Source of the DNA: Gammaproteobacteria bacterium
Lineage (GTDB): Bacteria > Pseudomonadota > Gammaproteobacteria > Pseudomonadales > JAHEGP01
Direction of reading: 5' to 3'
Length of the DNA: 39,221 nt
NCBI GenBank assembly: GCA_030618705.1
Contig: JAUXCW010000003.1
Span: forward strand, 1-39,221
Part shown: positions 28,254 to 39,221 of the stretch, in pieces
How the letters are laid out: each line of letters begins with the position of its first letter
Numbering within the stretch: position 1 is the stretch's first letter
Translations under genes and position numbers: made by a program
The notes under the pieces: model-generated
Told to the model about the DNA's origin: nothing
Databases searched by the model: none
What the model saw: only the letters and a program-made list of their open reading frames with translations

Positions 28254-28799
28254 TCACTCATTCGGGGGGATAAACCGGACCAGCTTGGGCGACAAATCCT
28301 GCTGCCTGGCAATTCTATCGAGATTGCGCTGGGCGATGGCCTTGTCGATATACGGCCCGATAAAGACCCGCGTGAGCTTGCCGTTTTTGGCCAGCTGCGG
28401 ACGATAGCCCATCTTCTGCAAGCGTAGTTTCAGTTTAGTGGCGTTTTCTTTCCGCCCAAAACTGCCGACCTGTATTTCCCAGCCAACCGGCAAGCCCTGT
28501 TCGTCGAGACTCGGTTTGCTCCTGGGCTTTGCGATGGGCTCATCCGCCTGCGGCTCTGGCGGCTCCTGCTGCTCCACCTCCTCCACGACCTTACGCTGGT
28601 ATTCGCCGATGGGCGACATATCGTCCCGCGTCTTCGGCTGTACGATCGCACTGGGCCCGAGGTCCGGCTTATCCGGAATATCCGATTGGAGGACAAAGGA
28701 CTGGTCTCGCTGCGGCCCCATCACCACCGGCCAGAGGATCAGTGCCAGTGCAAACAAGACGACAGCACCGACCAGGCGCTGCTTAAAGCTGTCATTCAA
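28254..28799 (-). CDS. dedD: SPOR-domain cell division protein DedD
   Basis: KQRLVGAVVL N-terminal TM segment, Pro/Glu linker, SPOR motif WEIQVGSF...NA...RVFIGP. The TTG start overlaps the folC stop. Confidence 0.85.
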   Translation of the reverse strand: MNDSFKQRLVGAVVLFALALILWPVVMGPQRDQSFVLQSDIPDKPDLGPSAIVQPKTRDDMSPIGEYQRKVVEEVEQQEPPEPQADEPIAKPRSKPSLDEQGLPVGWEIQVGSFGRKENATKLKLRLQKMGYRPQLAKNGKLTRVFIGPYIDKAIAQRNLDRIARQQDLSPKLVRFIPPNE

Positions 28800-30069
28800 A
28801 ACTGATACCCCGCCTGGCCAGAGACGCCATCGTCTCGGATACTGTATAAAAAGAGCCGGCAACCAACAGGCGGTCCCCCGCTTCCAGCGCTGACAAGGCA
28901 CACTCCAGCGCTTCATCCGTACTGGTCATACACCGATACCTGCACGGCGCTATATCGCTCGCCACGTCGCCGCAGGATCTGGCGCGGCCCGCCCGCAACT
29001 GCGGCAACCACCAATCACCATCGATGTACAGCTGCAATGCAGCGGCGCATTCAGCCACCCGTTTTCCCTCTAGCATAGCAAAAATAATATGGGTTTTACC
29101 GCTGACCGGTGAGGCCTTCAAAACCTCGGCCAGGCGCTTCATCGCCGCCGGGTTGTGGGCGACATCCAACAGGATGCTCCCGTACCGCGTGTCCAGGAAC
29201 TGGCAGCGACCGCCGAGGTCAAGCCCCTCGAGCGCCTGGCTCACCAGGGCTGGCCGGGGCTGTTCCAACAACAGGTAACAAGCCTGTATGGCGGCCGCAA
29301 GCGCATCCGGGTGGAGTGCGAGCTGACCCTGTCCACACACCTCATGCGAGCTACCAGCGGAGTCCCGGCCCCGCCAGCGCCAACCGGCGGAATCCTGCTG
29401 CAAGAAAAAATCCACCCCTTTCTGTAACCAGTTTACGCCCTTCTCCGAGGCGGCATCCAGCAGGCCCTCGGGCGGTTCTGCCTCGGCGCAGATTACCGGC
29501 ACACCGGTGCGAAAGACACCGGCCTTCTCCCGTGCGATCGCATCGCGATCGGTTCCCAGCCAGTTCTCGTGGTCAAGTTGGATATTAGTCACCACGACCA
29601 GCTCGGCATCGACGATATTGACCGCATCGAGACGACCACCCAGGCCGACTTCCAGCAGACAGATATGGGGTTGATACTGGGAAAAACAATACAGTGCCGC
29701 CAGGGTGGTAAATTCAAAATAGGTCAGCGCCACACCGTTCCGCGCTCGCTCGACCTCGCTGAAGGCGTGGCATAGCGTATCGTCGTCTACCGGCTCGCCG
29801 TCGAGGACGATACGCTCATTAAAAACCTGCAAGTGCGGCGAGGTATAGGAGGCGACAGACAGGCCGTGTTTTAACAGAATCGACTGCAGTGCAGCGACAG
29901 TACTGCCCTTGCCGTTGGTTCCGGCCACAACCACCAGCTGCGGTGCTCGTAAATCCAGAGCCAGCCTTTGCGCCACCGCTTGCACTCGCTCCAGGCCGAG
30001 TTCGATTTCCTCCGGATGCAATTGCTCGATGCGTTCGAGCCAAGCCGCCAGTGTCAATGCCTGACTCAA
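28792..30069 (-). CDS. folC: Bifunctional folylpolyglutamate synthase/dihydrofolate synthase
   Basis: [36 protein letters not shown] and LDVAHNP. Confidence 0.97.
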   Translation of the reverse strand: MSQALTLAAWLERIEQLHPEEIELGLERVQAVAQRLALDLRAPQLVVVAGTNGKGSTVAALQSILLKHGLSVASYTSPHLQVFNERIVLDGEPVDDDTLCHAFSEVERARNGVALTYFEFTTLAALYCFSQYQPHICLLEVGLGGRLDAVNIVDAELVVVTNIQLDHENWLGTDRDAIAREKAGVFRTGVPVICAEAEPPEGLLDAASEKGVNWLQKGVDFFLQQDSAGWRWRGRDSAGSSHEVCGQGQLALHPDALAAAIQACYLLLEQPRPALVSQALEGLDLGGRCQFLDTRYGSILLDVAHNPAAMKRLAEVLKASPVSGKTHIIFAMLEGKRVAECAAALQLYIDGDWWLPQLRAGRARSCGDVASDIAPCRYRCMTSTDEALECALSALEAGDRLLVAGSFYTVSETMASLARRGISFE

Positions 30070-30953
30070 GCGGCAGGTAACTTGCTGAGCTTTCTTAACA
30101 AGCCCCCCACCGTGGGCTTTATCTCCTGGCGATGCAGGATCATATCGATGGCGCCGTGCTCAAGCAGGAACTCGCTGCGCTGGAACCCCTTGGGCAGTTT
30201 CTGGCGGATGGTCTGCTCGATGATGTTGGGCCCGGCAAAACCGGCTCGAGCGCTGGGCTCAGCGACATTGATATCACCGAGCATGGCCAGGCTGGCCGAT
30301 ACACCGCCGTAGGTGGGGTCGGTAATTACCGACACGTAGGGCACCCCCGCCAGTTTCATTCTCTCCAGAACGGCACTGGTTTTGGCCATCTGCATCAGCG
30401 AAATCAGCGCTTCTTGCATGCGGGCGCCGCCGGTGGCGGTAAAACAGACGAGGGGCATGCGCTCCTCCAACGCAAGTTGCGCCGCGCGGGTGAACCGCTC
30501 GCCCACGGCGTAACCCATGGAGCCACCGTGAAAATTGAATTCGAAGGCCGCAGCCACGACGGGCATTCCGTCGACCATGCCGCGCATTGCTACCAGCGCG
30601 TCTTTTTCGCCGGTGGCCTTCTGCGCGGCGGCGAGACGGTCGCGGTATTTTTTGACGTCCTTGAACTTCAGGGTATCCCTGGGCTCTATCTCGACCCCCA
30701 CTTCCTCACGTCCCTCCTCATCGAGGAAGGTATCAAGCCGCCGGCGGGCCCCGATCCGCATGTGATGATCGCACTTGGGGCAGACATTCAGATTGCGTTC
30801 CAGCTCCGGCCGGTACAACACCGCCTCACATTTGACGCACTTTTTCCACAGCCCCTCCGGAACGGCAGAGCCCTGTCGCGCATCGGAGTCCTGCTGCTCT
30901 TGGTCAGATTCACTTTTAACGATGGACGGAAGTATTTTGTCTATCCAACTCAT
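30066..30953 (-). CDS. accD: Acetyl-CoA carboxylase carboxyltransferase beta subunit
   Basis: [10 protein letters not shown]...VCPKC zinc finger, [20 protein letters not shown] and GFAGP. Start at MSWIDKILP. Confidence 0.97.
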   Translation of the reverse strand: MSWIDKILPSIVKSESDQEQQDSDARQGSAVPEGLWKKCVKCEAVLYRPELERNLNVCPKCDHHMRIGARRRLDTFLDEEGREEVGVEIEPRDTLKFKDVKKYRDRLAAAQKATGEKDALVAMRGMVDGMPVVAAAFEFNFHGGSMGYAVGERFTRAAQLALEERMPLVCFTATGGARMQEALISLMQMAKTSAVLERMKLAGVPYVSVITDPTYGGVSASLAMLGDINVAEPSARAGFAGPNIIEQTIRQKLPKGFQRSEFLLEHGAIDMILHRQEIKPTVGGLLRKLSKLPAA

Positions 30954-30985
30954 GGGCGGCCCTACCTGATCGTGAGATGTGTATT

Positions 30986-31813
30986 CTACACTGTGTCGAT
31001 GGCGCTGCGAATAGCCGATAGTAAACCGGTCATCGGGTCGAGCATGGCTTGTATTTCGGTGACGCCGGCACTCGCCTGCCGGGAAACGCTGTCCACCAGC
31101 GCACTGCCGACGACAACGCCATCGCACAAGGGCGCAATGGCTCTCGCGCTGTCCGCGTCCCTGATACCAAAGCCCACGGTCACCGGCAGGTCGGTGTACT
31201 GCCGTATCAGCGCCAGTTTATCCCGCACCGAATTCACATCCAGGTGAGATGCACCGGTAACGCCCTTCAAGGAGACATAGTAGAGATAACCGGAGGCATG
31301 CTTGCAGAGATACTCCACCCTGGCCTCGGTCGTCGTCGGCGCCAATAACAGGATAGTGTCGATGCCGTGGGAAGCGAGTATCTGGCGGGCTTCACACCCC
31401 TCCTCCGGGGGTAAATCGACCGTCAGCAGGGCATCCACACCGGCATCGGAGGCCAATTCGGCAAACACCCCGGGACCCATCACCTCAACCGGATTGGCGT
31501 AACCCATCAAGACCACCGGAGTATCACTATCGCGCTGGCGAAACTGCGCCACCATGGCAATGACGTCCCGCAGGCTGACACCGTGCTCGAGGGCGCGCTC
31601 ATGGGCGAGTTGAATCACCGGCCCCTCCGCCATGGGATCGGAAAAAGGTACGCCCAATTCGATGATATCCGCTCCGGCGGCAACCATCGCATGCATGGCC
31701 GGTACCGTGACCTCCTGCCGGGGGTCTCCCGCCACCAGGTAGGGAATGAGCGCCTTGCGCTGCGCCTGCTGTAGTTGAGTAAATCGTGTTGCGATACGAG
31801 ACAAGTGGATCAC
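30986..31813 (-). CDS. trpA: Tryptophan synthase alpha subunit
   Basis: [33 protein letters not shown] and VVGSA. The start may instead be the TTG at 31804. Confidence 0.97.
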   Translation of the reverse strand: MIHLSRIATRFTQLQQAQRKALIPYLVAGDPRQEVTVPAMHAMVAAGADIIELGVPFSDPMAEGPVIQLAHERALEHGVSLRDVIAMVAQFRQRDSDTPVVLMGYANPVEVMGPGVFAELASDAGVDALLTVDLPPEEGCEARQILASHGIDTILLLAPTTTEARVEYLCKHASGYLYYVSLKGVTGASHLDVNSVRDKLALIRQYTDLPVTVGFGIRDADSARAIAPLCDGVVVGSALVDSVSRQASAGVTEIQAMLDPMTGLLSAIRSAIDTV

Positions 31814-31835
31814 CCGCTAAATGTTGTGGTGGTGT

Positions 31836-33044
31836 TTAAAACTCGATACCGTCGATATCGGCGACGGTATGAATATCCTTGTCACCGCGACCCGAAAGAT
31901 TCACCACGATCACCTCGTTGGAGGTCATGCGGCGGGCGAGCTTGTCAGCGTAGGCCAGTGCGTGGCTGGACTCCAGTGCGGGTATTATCCCCTCGACCAG
32001 GGTAAGCTCACGGAATGCGTTCAGCGCCTCGTCGTCGGTGATACTGACATACTCGACCCGACCGACATCTTTCAACCAGGCGTGTTCCGGGCCGACCCCC
32101 GGGTAATCCAACCCCGCCGAAACGGAGTGTGTGTGAATAATCTGGCCGTTGTCGTCTTCCATCAGGTAGGTGCGATTGCCATGTAGTATCCCTGGTCGCC
32201 CCGCGCAAAGCGGTGCCGCGTGCCGGCCGGTCTCCAGTCCGTCACCCGCGGCCTCTACGCCGTACATCGCGACCGAGGCATCATCCAGGAAGGGATAAAA
32301 CAAACCGATGGCGTTGGAACCGCCACCGACACAAGCAACCAGCGCATCGGGCAGTCCGCCCGTCTGCTCCAGGCACTGCAGCTTCGTTTCCCGACCGATG
32401 ACCGACTGGAAGTCTCGCACCAACATGGGGTACGGATGCGGCCCCGCCACCGTGCCGATAATATAAAAGGTATCGTCGACATTGGTGACCCAGTCGCGCA
32501 TCGCCTCGTTCATGGCGTCCTTGAGGGTTTTGGAGCCCGAGGTCACCGGGATGACCTCGGCCCCCAGCAGTTTCATGCGATAGACATTGAGCGACTGGCG
32601 CCGAATGTCCTCTTCGCCCATATACACCTGGCAGCTCAGGCCGAGACGCGCGGCAATCGTGGCGGTGGCCACGCCATGCTGTCCGGCTCCGGTTTCCGCG
32701 ATCACCCGGGTTTTACCGGAGTATTTGGCCAACAGCCCCTGGCCGACGGTGTTGTTGACCTTATGGGCCCCGGTATGATTGAGATCCTCGCGCTTGAGAA
32801 AGATGCGAGCGCCGCCCGCGCGCTGGCTCCAACGCTCGGCAAAATACAGTGGTGACGGTCTGCCGACGTAGTGCGCCAGGTCGTGGTCGAGTTCCCGGAG
32901 AAAGGATGCACTAGCCTTCAACTCCGCGTAACTGCGCTCCAGCTCGTCCAGCGCGGCGATCAGGGTTTCCGACACAAAGCGCCCGCCATAGGGCCCGTAG
33001 TGACCGCCGGCGTCCGGCTGATTGGTGTAGCACTGCTGGGTCAT
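31836..33044 (-). CDS. trpB: Tryptophan synthase beta subunit
   Basis: [15 protein letters not shown] (PLP Lys), [30 protein letters not shown] and LSGRGDKD. Confidence 0.98.
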   Translation of the reverse strand: MTQQCYTNQPDAGGHYGPYGGRFVSETLIAALDELERSYAELKASASFLRELDHDLAHYVGRPSPLYFAERWSQRAGGARIFLKREDLNHTGAHKVNNTVGQGLLAKYSGKTRVIAETGAGQHGVATATIAARLGLSCQVYMGEEDIRRQSLNVYRMKLLGAEVIPVTSGSKTLKDAMNEAMRDWVTNVDDTFYIIGTVAGPHPYPMLVRDFQSVIGRETKLQCLEQTGGLPDALVACVGGGSNAIGLFYPFLDDASVAMYGVEAAGDGLETGRHAAPLCAGRPGILHGNRTYLMEDDNGQIIHTHSVSAGLDYPGVGPEHAWLKDVGRVEYVSITDDEALNAFRELTLVEGIIPALESSHALAYADKLARRMTSNEVIVVNLSGRGDKDIHTVADIDGIEF

Positions 33045-33694
33045 TGCCTTTTCACTCCCGAGATCGACTGGTCCGCCGCCTGGACCTGCTCTATAAAACG
33101 CCTTATCTTCTCCCCGTCCTTGATGCCTTTTCCCCGCTCCACGCCACCACTGACATCCACCGCGTAGGGTTGAAGCGTTCGAATCGCCTGGCCGACGTTG
33201 TCAGCATCGAGGCCCCCCGCCAATACGAAGGACTCGCGCAGGGAGGCGGGAACCAGCTTCCAGTCGAAGGTCACGCCGGTGCCACCGGGCATGCCGGGCT
33301 GGAAACTATCGAGCAATAAGCCGCGGGCGTCCTGGTAGCAGGCCGCCTGGCCTTCGATATCGGTCTCCCGCTGGACACGCAGCGCCTTGATATAGGGGCG
33401 ACCGAAGCCACGGCAGTAGTCTGCCGCTTCGTCACCATGGAACTGCAATAAATCCGGTTTTACCGTGTCCAGCACCCGACACACGTCCTCCTCCGCCGCA
33501 TCGACGAACAGTGCCACGACATCGACAAACGCCGGCACCAGCCGGGCTATCTTCGCCGCGGACTCGACATCGACATAGCGAGGGCTGGGCTCATAGAAAA
33601 CCAGCCCGATGGCATCGACGCCCTCGGCGACGGCGCGGGCGGCGTCCTCCTGGCGAGTCAGTCCACAAACCTTGATGCGAGTTCGATACGGCAT
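33041..33694 (-). CDS. trpF: Phosphoribosylanthranilate isomerase
   Basis: [36 protein letters not shown] and DVSGGVE. Confidence 0.96.
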   Translation of the reverse strand: MPYRTRIKVCGLTRQEDAARAVAEGVDAIGLVFYEPSPRYVDVESAAKIARLVPAFVDVVALFVDAAEEDVCRVLDTVKPDLLQFHGDEAADYCRGFGRPYIKALRVQRETDIEGQAACYQDARGLLLDSFQPGMPGGTGVTFDWKLVPASLRESFVLAGGLDADNVGQAIRTLQPYAVDVSGGVERGKGIKDGEKIRRFIEQVQAADQSISGVKRQ

Positions 33695-33782
33695 AATGCG
33701 GGAAAACGATTCGCCCATGGGAAAAGCGGCGCATAATACCAGAAACAGGGTCGGGTTGTTACTTGGCGCCCGGCGAAAAGCC

Positions 33783-34601
33783 CTATATAAAGCCCAGGTC
33801 CGGCGCGGCGGCATAAGCCGGCAATCCGCAATCCCGGGGGTACAGCGCGCCCATAAAGTAAAGGCCATGGGGAGGCGCCGTGACGCCACCGAGCCTCCGG
33901 TCCCTGGCTTGCAGAACCTCCAGCGCCCATCCCGGCGCCTGCCTGCCGCCGCCCACCGCCATCAACACCCCGGCGATATTACGGATCATATGCATGAGGA
34001 AAGCGTTGGCCTCGATATCCAGCACCACCAGGGAACCCTCTCGCCGCACGGTGATGGCGTCGACATCCCGGATTGCGCTCCGGGATTGGCAGGCCGCCGC
34101 CCGGTAAGCGGTAAAGTCATGGCTCCCGACCAGGTGCTGGGCCTCGCTGTGCATCAATTCGGCGGACAGCGGCAAGCATTGCCAGGTAACCTTGCCCGCC
34201 AGTACGGCGGTGCGCACCGGATGATTGTAGATAACATAGCGATAGCGCCGTTTAAAGGCATCGAAACGGGCGTGGAAATCCGGCGATACCGACCTCACCC
34301 AGCGCACACAGACGTCGGCGGGCAAGGCCGTATTGGTGCCCATCAGCCACGCCTTGTCCGGCCGCGCGGCGGTGGTATCGAAGTGGATGACCTGGCCCAT
34401 GGCGTGAACGCCGGTATCGGTGCGCCCGGCGCAATGGGTTCTCACCGGGTGATCGGCAACGCGGGAGAGGGCTTGTTCGAGGCTGGCCTGTACTGTCGGC
34501 AGCTCCGGGTCCTTCTGCAGCTGCCAGCCATGGAAGGCGCTGCCGCAGTACTCAATGCCAAGTGCGACGCGCTGGGGCGTCGCACCGGTATCGCGGGTCA
34601 C
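33783..34601 (-). CDS. truA: tRNA pseudouridine(38-40) synthase
   Basis: FHGWQ, CAGRTDTGVHA (catalytic Asp), FHARF, NAFLMHMIRNI and TAPPHGLY. Confidence 0.97.
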   Translation of the reverse strand: MTRDTGATPQRVALGIEYCGSAFHGWQLQKDPELPTVQASLEQALSRVADHPVRTHCAGRTDTGVHAMGQVIHFDTTAARPDKAWLMGTNTALPADVCVRWVRSVSPDFHARFDAFKRRYRYVIYNHPVRTAVLAGKVTWQCLPLSAELMHSEAQHLVGSHDFTAYRAAACQSRSAIRDVDAITVRREGSLVVLDIEANAFLMHMIRNIAGVLMAVGGGRQAPGWALEVLQARDRRLGGVTAPPHGLYFMGALYPRDCGLPAYAAAPDLGFI

Positions 34602-34612
34602 CGGGAGAAAAT

Positions 34613-36958
34613 CTAGCTGGCGATGTCGCGCAGCAGGGTATTGGCTTCCTCGACTTGCACCTCGGAGCCGTCTTGCAGCACTTCTTCGAGGATATCCCGC
34701 GCACCATCGACATCACCCATGTCGACATAAGCGCGAGCCAGGTCGAGCTTGGTCGCGATCTCGTCACCATCGACCATTTCGCTGAGATTGTCGTCGAGGT
34801 CATCGCCGGCATCGAGCATATCCGCCAATGCCGAGGCATTGTCCCCTTGCCGGGTATCGCCGTCATCCGGCTGGATATCAAAATCCAGGTTGTCCAGCTC
34901 GGCATTAGTCTCGGCATTGGTTTCGGCATTGTCCGGGCTGACCCCGGTAGAATCCGACGGCAGGCTGATGTCGAAATCGAGACCGGCATCGTCTTCCAGG
35001 TCAAGATTGTCCACTGCCAGGTCCAGGGCTGTGTGCTGGGCAGTGTCATCCAGGCTGTCAACGTCGGACAGGTCGAAATCGAGGTCAAAATCGAGGTCAG
35101 TGTTGTCGATTTCCTCGTCCAGCGCCGCTTCCTCATCGCTCTCACCGGTAGTTGAAAACAGTGTGCTATCCGTTTCCGAACCCGCCTGCAGCCAGCCCTT
35201 GCCCACCGCCAGTTCATCGGCCAGATGCAGGCTGTCATTGTTCCCCGACGCTGCGAGGCCGGCATAGACTTCATTGAATTCTGACTCGCGATCCAGTTCG
35301 GCAAAAATCGACATCAATTTCAGTTGTAGCTCATCACGGCCCGGTTCTTTTTCGATAGCCTTTTGCAGCATCACCACCGCGTCGTCATGGCGATCATAAC
35401 TGCAGTACATTTCCGCTTCGGCAAGCGGGTCGAATTGCGCCGCATCGCTGTCGTCCTGTTCCGGCCCGGCGTCCAGGGTACTGAGTTGCGGCTCCTCGCT
35501 ATCGAGCTCATCCGCAGCCTGTTCACCGCTGGTATCTCCGACAAGGGTGGCAAAAACAGCGGCGGTATCATCTTCTGGCTGGTCTTCGTCCTCAGCCACG
35601 GCGAGTGCTTGCTGCCAATCTCCGTCGTCGCCGTCTTCTGCGGAACGTCGTTTCATCATCAGGCCGGCCGCGGCCAATAGCACCAACAAGCCAAATCCCC
35701 CGAGGTAGAGCGGGCTCATCAGCCTATCCATAATGCCCGGCTGGCTCTCTTGCTCCACGATCTCGCTTGCCGGCATATCCGCTGGCGCGGAATCCTCGGC
35801 GAAATTTCTGTCTACCGGCGCAGCTTCACTGGCGCTTGCCTCCTGCTCCAACCGGCCTTGCAACGACGCCAGCTGTGAATCCTTGAGTTCGATCAGCTTT
35901 TCCAGGGTATCGATCTGGCCTTCCAGGTCGGAGAGCCGACCATCGAGCTCGTTATTCTCCCGGCTGGCCCGGTCCAGCTTTTCCTGGGCCGCATTGAGAT
36001 CGCTGCGCACTGCCTCGACATCAGCCGCCTCGTCGCTGCCGCCACTGCTGCCGGCGACACTGGAGTCGGCCGTCGCGGCGCTGGACAGCTTCATATAGCC
36101 TTCATCCGCCGCCTTGGCCTGTGAACTCTGGACTGCGGCGGTATCACCAGCCTCCAGCGGTGCTGTCGAGCCGGTTTTCCACGCCTCGTTCTGCATCGCC
36201 ACCGCCTGGATGGCTTGCTGTTTACTCAATTCGTCTAATTGCTCGGCGCTGGGCAGGCGCAACACCTGGCCACTGCGCAGACCATTGATATTCTGGCGGG
36301 CAAAGGCCCTGGGGTTATTGCGGTAGATCGCCATCATGGTTTGCTGCATGCTGGCTCCGGCAGGCCTGGCGCGAGACGCCAGACGCCACAGGGTATCGCT
36401 CTTCTGGGTGACGATCTCACCCTCTACCGGCGCCGGCAGCGGCAGTGCAGCCGCACTAGATGCGGGCGCAGGGACTCGCGCCCTGGCAGGAGCGGGTTTT
36501 ACCGCCGATTGCCTGGCCTGGGTATTGACCGCGGGGGCCGGTGTGGCCGTCGCCTTATCGGTAAAAACCGGCAGGTCAACCAGCACGGTATACTCTCGCA
36601 ACATGCGCCCGGCGGGCCAGCGGGCTTCGAGAATAAAATCGAGATAGGGTTCCCGCACCAGCCGCTTGGAGCTGATTTTAACGATCCCGTTACCCTTGCC
36701 GTCCAGCTGAACCGTAAATTTCAGATCGCTGAGAAAAAAGACTCGCTCCACTCCGGCGCGGTCGAAATCCTCCGAGGCCGCCAGTTTGACGGCGATTTGC
36801 TGTGCGTTCAAATCACCCAGGTTGTTGAGGGAAACCTCGGCCTGGAAGGGTTGATTGAGGCCGGATTTCAGCTCCATTTCCCCCAGACCCAGTGCGCTGA
36901 CCACCGACGCGTGCAGCGTACTAACCGCAAAGACAACTCCGGCAAGCTTTCGAACCAT
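34613..36958 (-). CDS. fimV: FimV/HubP polar landmark protein
   Basis: Signal peptide followed by ALGLGE, EPYLDF...REYTVLVD, LysM-like DTLWRLA...NP.AF...NIN.L..GQVL, coiled coil, TM helix, acidic region with TPR (DPLAEAEMY) and C-terminal TKLDLARAYVDMGDVDGARDILEEV. Confidence 0.95.
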   Translation of the reverse strand: MVRKLAGVVFAVSTLHASVVSALGLGEMELKSGLNQPFQAEVSLNNLGDLNAQQIAVKLAASEDFDRAGVERVFFLSDLKFTVQLDGKGNGIVKISSKRLVREPYLDFILEARWPAGRMLREYTVLVDLPVFTDKATATPAPAVNTQARQSAVKPAPARARVPAPASSAAALPLPAPVEGEIVTQKSDTLWRLASRARPAGASMQQTMMAIYRNNPRAFARQNINGLRSGQVLRLPSAEQLDELSKQQAIQAVAMQNEAWKTGSTAPLEAGDTAAVQSSQAKAADEGYMKLSSAATADSSVAGSSGGSDEAADVEAVRSDLNAAQEKLDRASRENNELDGRLSDLEGQIDTLEKLIELKDSQLASLQGRLEQEASASEAAPVDRNFAEDSAPADMPASEIVEQESQPGIMDRLMSPLYLGGFGLLVLLAAAGLMMKRRSAEDGDDGDWQQALAVAEDEDQPEDDTAAVFATLVGDTSGEQAADELDSEEPQLSTLDAGPEQDDSDAAQFDPLAEAEMYCSYDRHDDAVVMLQKAIEKEPGRDELQLKLMSIFAELDRESEFNEVYAGLAASGNNDSLHLADELAVGKGWLQAGSETDSTLFSTTGESDEEAALDEEIDNTDLDFDLDFDLSDVDSLDDTAQHTALDLAVDNLDLEDDAGLDFDISLPSDSTGVSPDNAETNAETNAELDNLDFDIQPDDGDTRQGDNASALADMLDAGDDLDDNLSEMVDGDEIATKLDLARAYVDMGDVDGARDILEEVLQDGSEVQVEEANTLLRDIAS
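34899..34934. repeat. Three imperfect 12-bp tandem repeats within fimV (NAET-NAET-NAEL)
   Basis: TCGGCATTagtc TCGGCATTggtt TCGGCATTgtcc on the plus strand. Confidence 0.7.
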
Positions 36959-37228
36959 GACTCTCTACCCTATTATGTGGTTTCTGGAAACTGCCAGAAA
37001 ACGTGACACCTTCCCCTTATTGGCTGTGGCCATGTAAACAATACCAGCGCCAGCAACCGGACACTTTTCGTATATTTGTACTCAAGTATTCATTACGCGC
37101 AGGTTTTTCGCAAGAAATTGACCTTATCCTCGGCAAGAATGCGAAACAACGCAGGTTAATGGCTTGATTTCCGGATCAAGCCTAACTGTACACTCCAGGC
37201 CAGGCCGCCCGTTTTCACCCTCAAACGG

Positions 37229-38341
37229 CTAGAGCCGCCCTCTTATTATCGCCAACATGCGTCTCAGTGGCTCGGCGGCCCCCCATAACAACTGATCACC
37301 CACGGTAAACACCGACAGGTACTGCGGCCCCATATTGAGTTTGCGAATGCGCCCCGCAGGTACCCTCAAGTGTCCTGTCACCGCTGTCGGCGTCAGGTGT
37401 TCGAGGCTTTCAGCGCGGTGATTCGGTACGACTTCCACCCAATCATTGGCCTGCCCGATGATTGCCGTCACTTCATCGAGGGGCACATCACGCTTGAGCT
37501 TAACGGTCAAGGCCTGGCTATGGCAGCGCATGGCGCCGATGCGCACGCAGGTGCCGTCCACCGATACCGGTTGGGACTGCAGCCCCAGCAACTTGTTGGT
37601 TTCGGCCTGTCCTTTCCATTCCTCCCTGCTCTGGCCGTTTTCCACCTCGCTGTCAATCCAGGGCAGCAAACTACCGGCCAGCGGTGCGCCAAAGCAATCG
37701 ACGGGAAATTCCCCGGCGCGCATACACGCCAGCAGCTGGCGGTCGATGGCGAGAATATCCGACTCGGGGCTGTCCAGCTGTTGCGCCACCGAGTGGTGAA
37801 TGGCTCCCATTTGCCGGATGAGTTCCCGCATATTGCGCGCCCCCGCGCCGGAGGCGGCCTGGTAGGTCTGGGAGTTCACCCACTCGACCAGGTCGGCCTG
37901 GAACAAACCGCCAATCGCCATCAGCATCAGGCTTACCGTACAATTTCCGCCCACGTAGGTACGCACACCCCGCGCCATGGCCTCGTCGATCAGGCCCCGG
38001 TTGACCGGGTCCAGCACAATGACTGCAGTATCGTCCATGCGCAGGCTCGACGCCGCATCGATCCAGTAACCGTTCCAGCCACTTGCGCGCAGCGCGGCGT
38101 AGACCTCGCCGGTATAATCGCCACCCTGGCACGACACCACCACGTCCATTGCCGCCAACCGGGCAATATCTTTCGCATCTTGCAACGGTCCCGCGGCAAC
38201 ACCCACCCCGGGGCTGTCACCGCCGATATTTGATGTGGTAAAAAAGGTCGGCGCCAGGCCCTGAAAATCATTTTCGGCCCGCATTCGCTCCAGCAATACC
38301 GAGCCGACCATGCCCCGCCAGCCAGTGAATCCCACTTTCAT
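37229..38341 (-). CDS. asd: Aspartate-semialdehyde dehydrogenase (gammaproteobacterial type)
   Basis: [27 protein letters not shown], catalytic [18 protein letters not shown] and [15 protein letters not shown]. Confidence 0.98.
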   Translation of the reverse strand: MKVGFTGWRGMVGSVLLERMRAENDFQGLAPTFFTTSNIGGDSPGVGVAAGPLQDAKDIARLAAMDVVVSCQGGDYTGEVYAALRASGWNGYWIDAASSLRMDDTAVIVLDPVNRGLIDEAMARGVRTYVGGNCTVSLMLMAIGGLFQADLVEWVNSQTYQAASGAGARNMRELIRQMGAIHHSVAQQLDSPESDILAIDRQLLACMRAGEFPVDCFGAPLAGSLLPWIDSEVENGQSREEWKGQAETNKLLGLQSQPVSVDGTCVRIGAMRCHSQALTVKLKRDVPLDEVTAIIGQANDWVEVVPNHRAESLEHLTPTAVTGHLRVPAGRIRKLNMGPQYLSVFTVGDQLLWGAAEPLRRMLAIIRGRL

Positions 38342-38366
38342 TCTGCTTACCCTCCAGTCGTCGCGG

Positions 38367-39221
<855 letters not shown>

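Noticed and set aside
37037-37053. Sigma54-like TGGCGC-N5-TTGT on the minus strand upstream of fimV
   Set aside because: The conserved -12 GC is replaced by GT, so support is insufficient.

Overview
About 60% GC gammaproteobacterial chromosome segment. Gene order and the N-terminal module of the LRR lipoprotein suggest Halieaceae/Cellvibrionales, but this is inference. Most of it is housekeeping: leuB(partial)-asd-fimV-truA-trpF-trpB-trpA-accD-folC-dedD-cvpA-purF-metZ on the minus strand, a MoxR/DUF58/transglutaminase triad, acnB, miaE, and glnS-cysS divergent from ppiB-lpxH. There are two accessory zones. (1) 1-9.2 kb holds a partial GxSxG lipase-like protein, a wax ester synthase/DGAT with a 58-aa histone-like basic tail, a PaaI thioesterase, an HlyB/HlyD type I secretion pair with no TolC or RTX cargo in the window, and a convergent LplT/Aas-type MFS fusion that lacks its synthetase domain and has a catalytically degenerate acyltransferase domain. 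(2) 22.8-24.85 kb holds a low-GC internalin-like LRR lipoprotein gene bordered by a perfect 26-bp-arm inverted repeat at the metZ 3' end. I saw no rRNA, tRNA, CRISPR array, integrase or transposase. No clearly new system is proven. The best candidates are the lipid-storage module with a possibly DNA-binding WS/DGAT, the decayed Aas fusion, the REP-like-bordered LRR islet and a small DRR/ERR-repeat protein.
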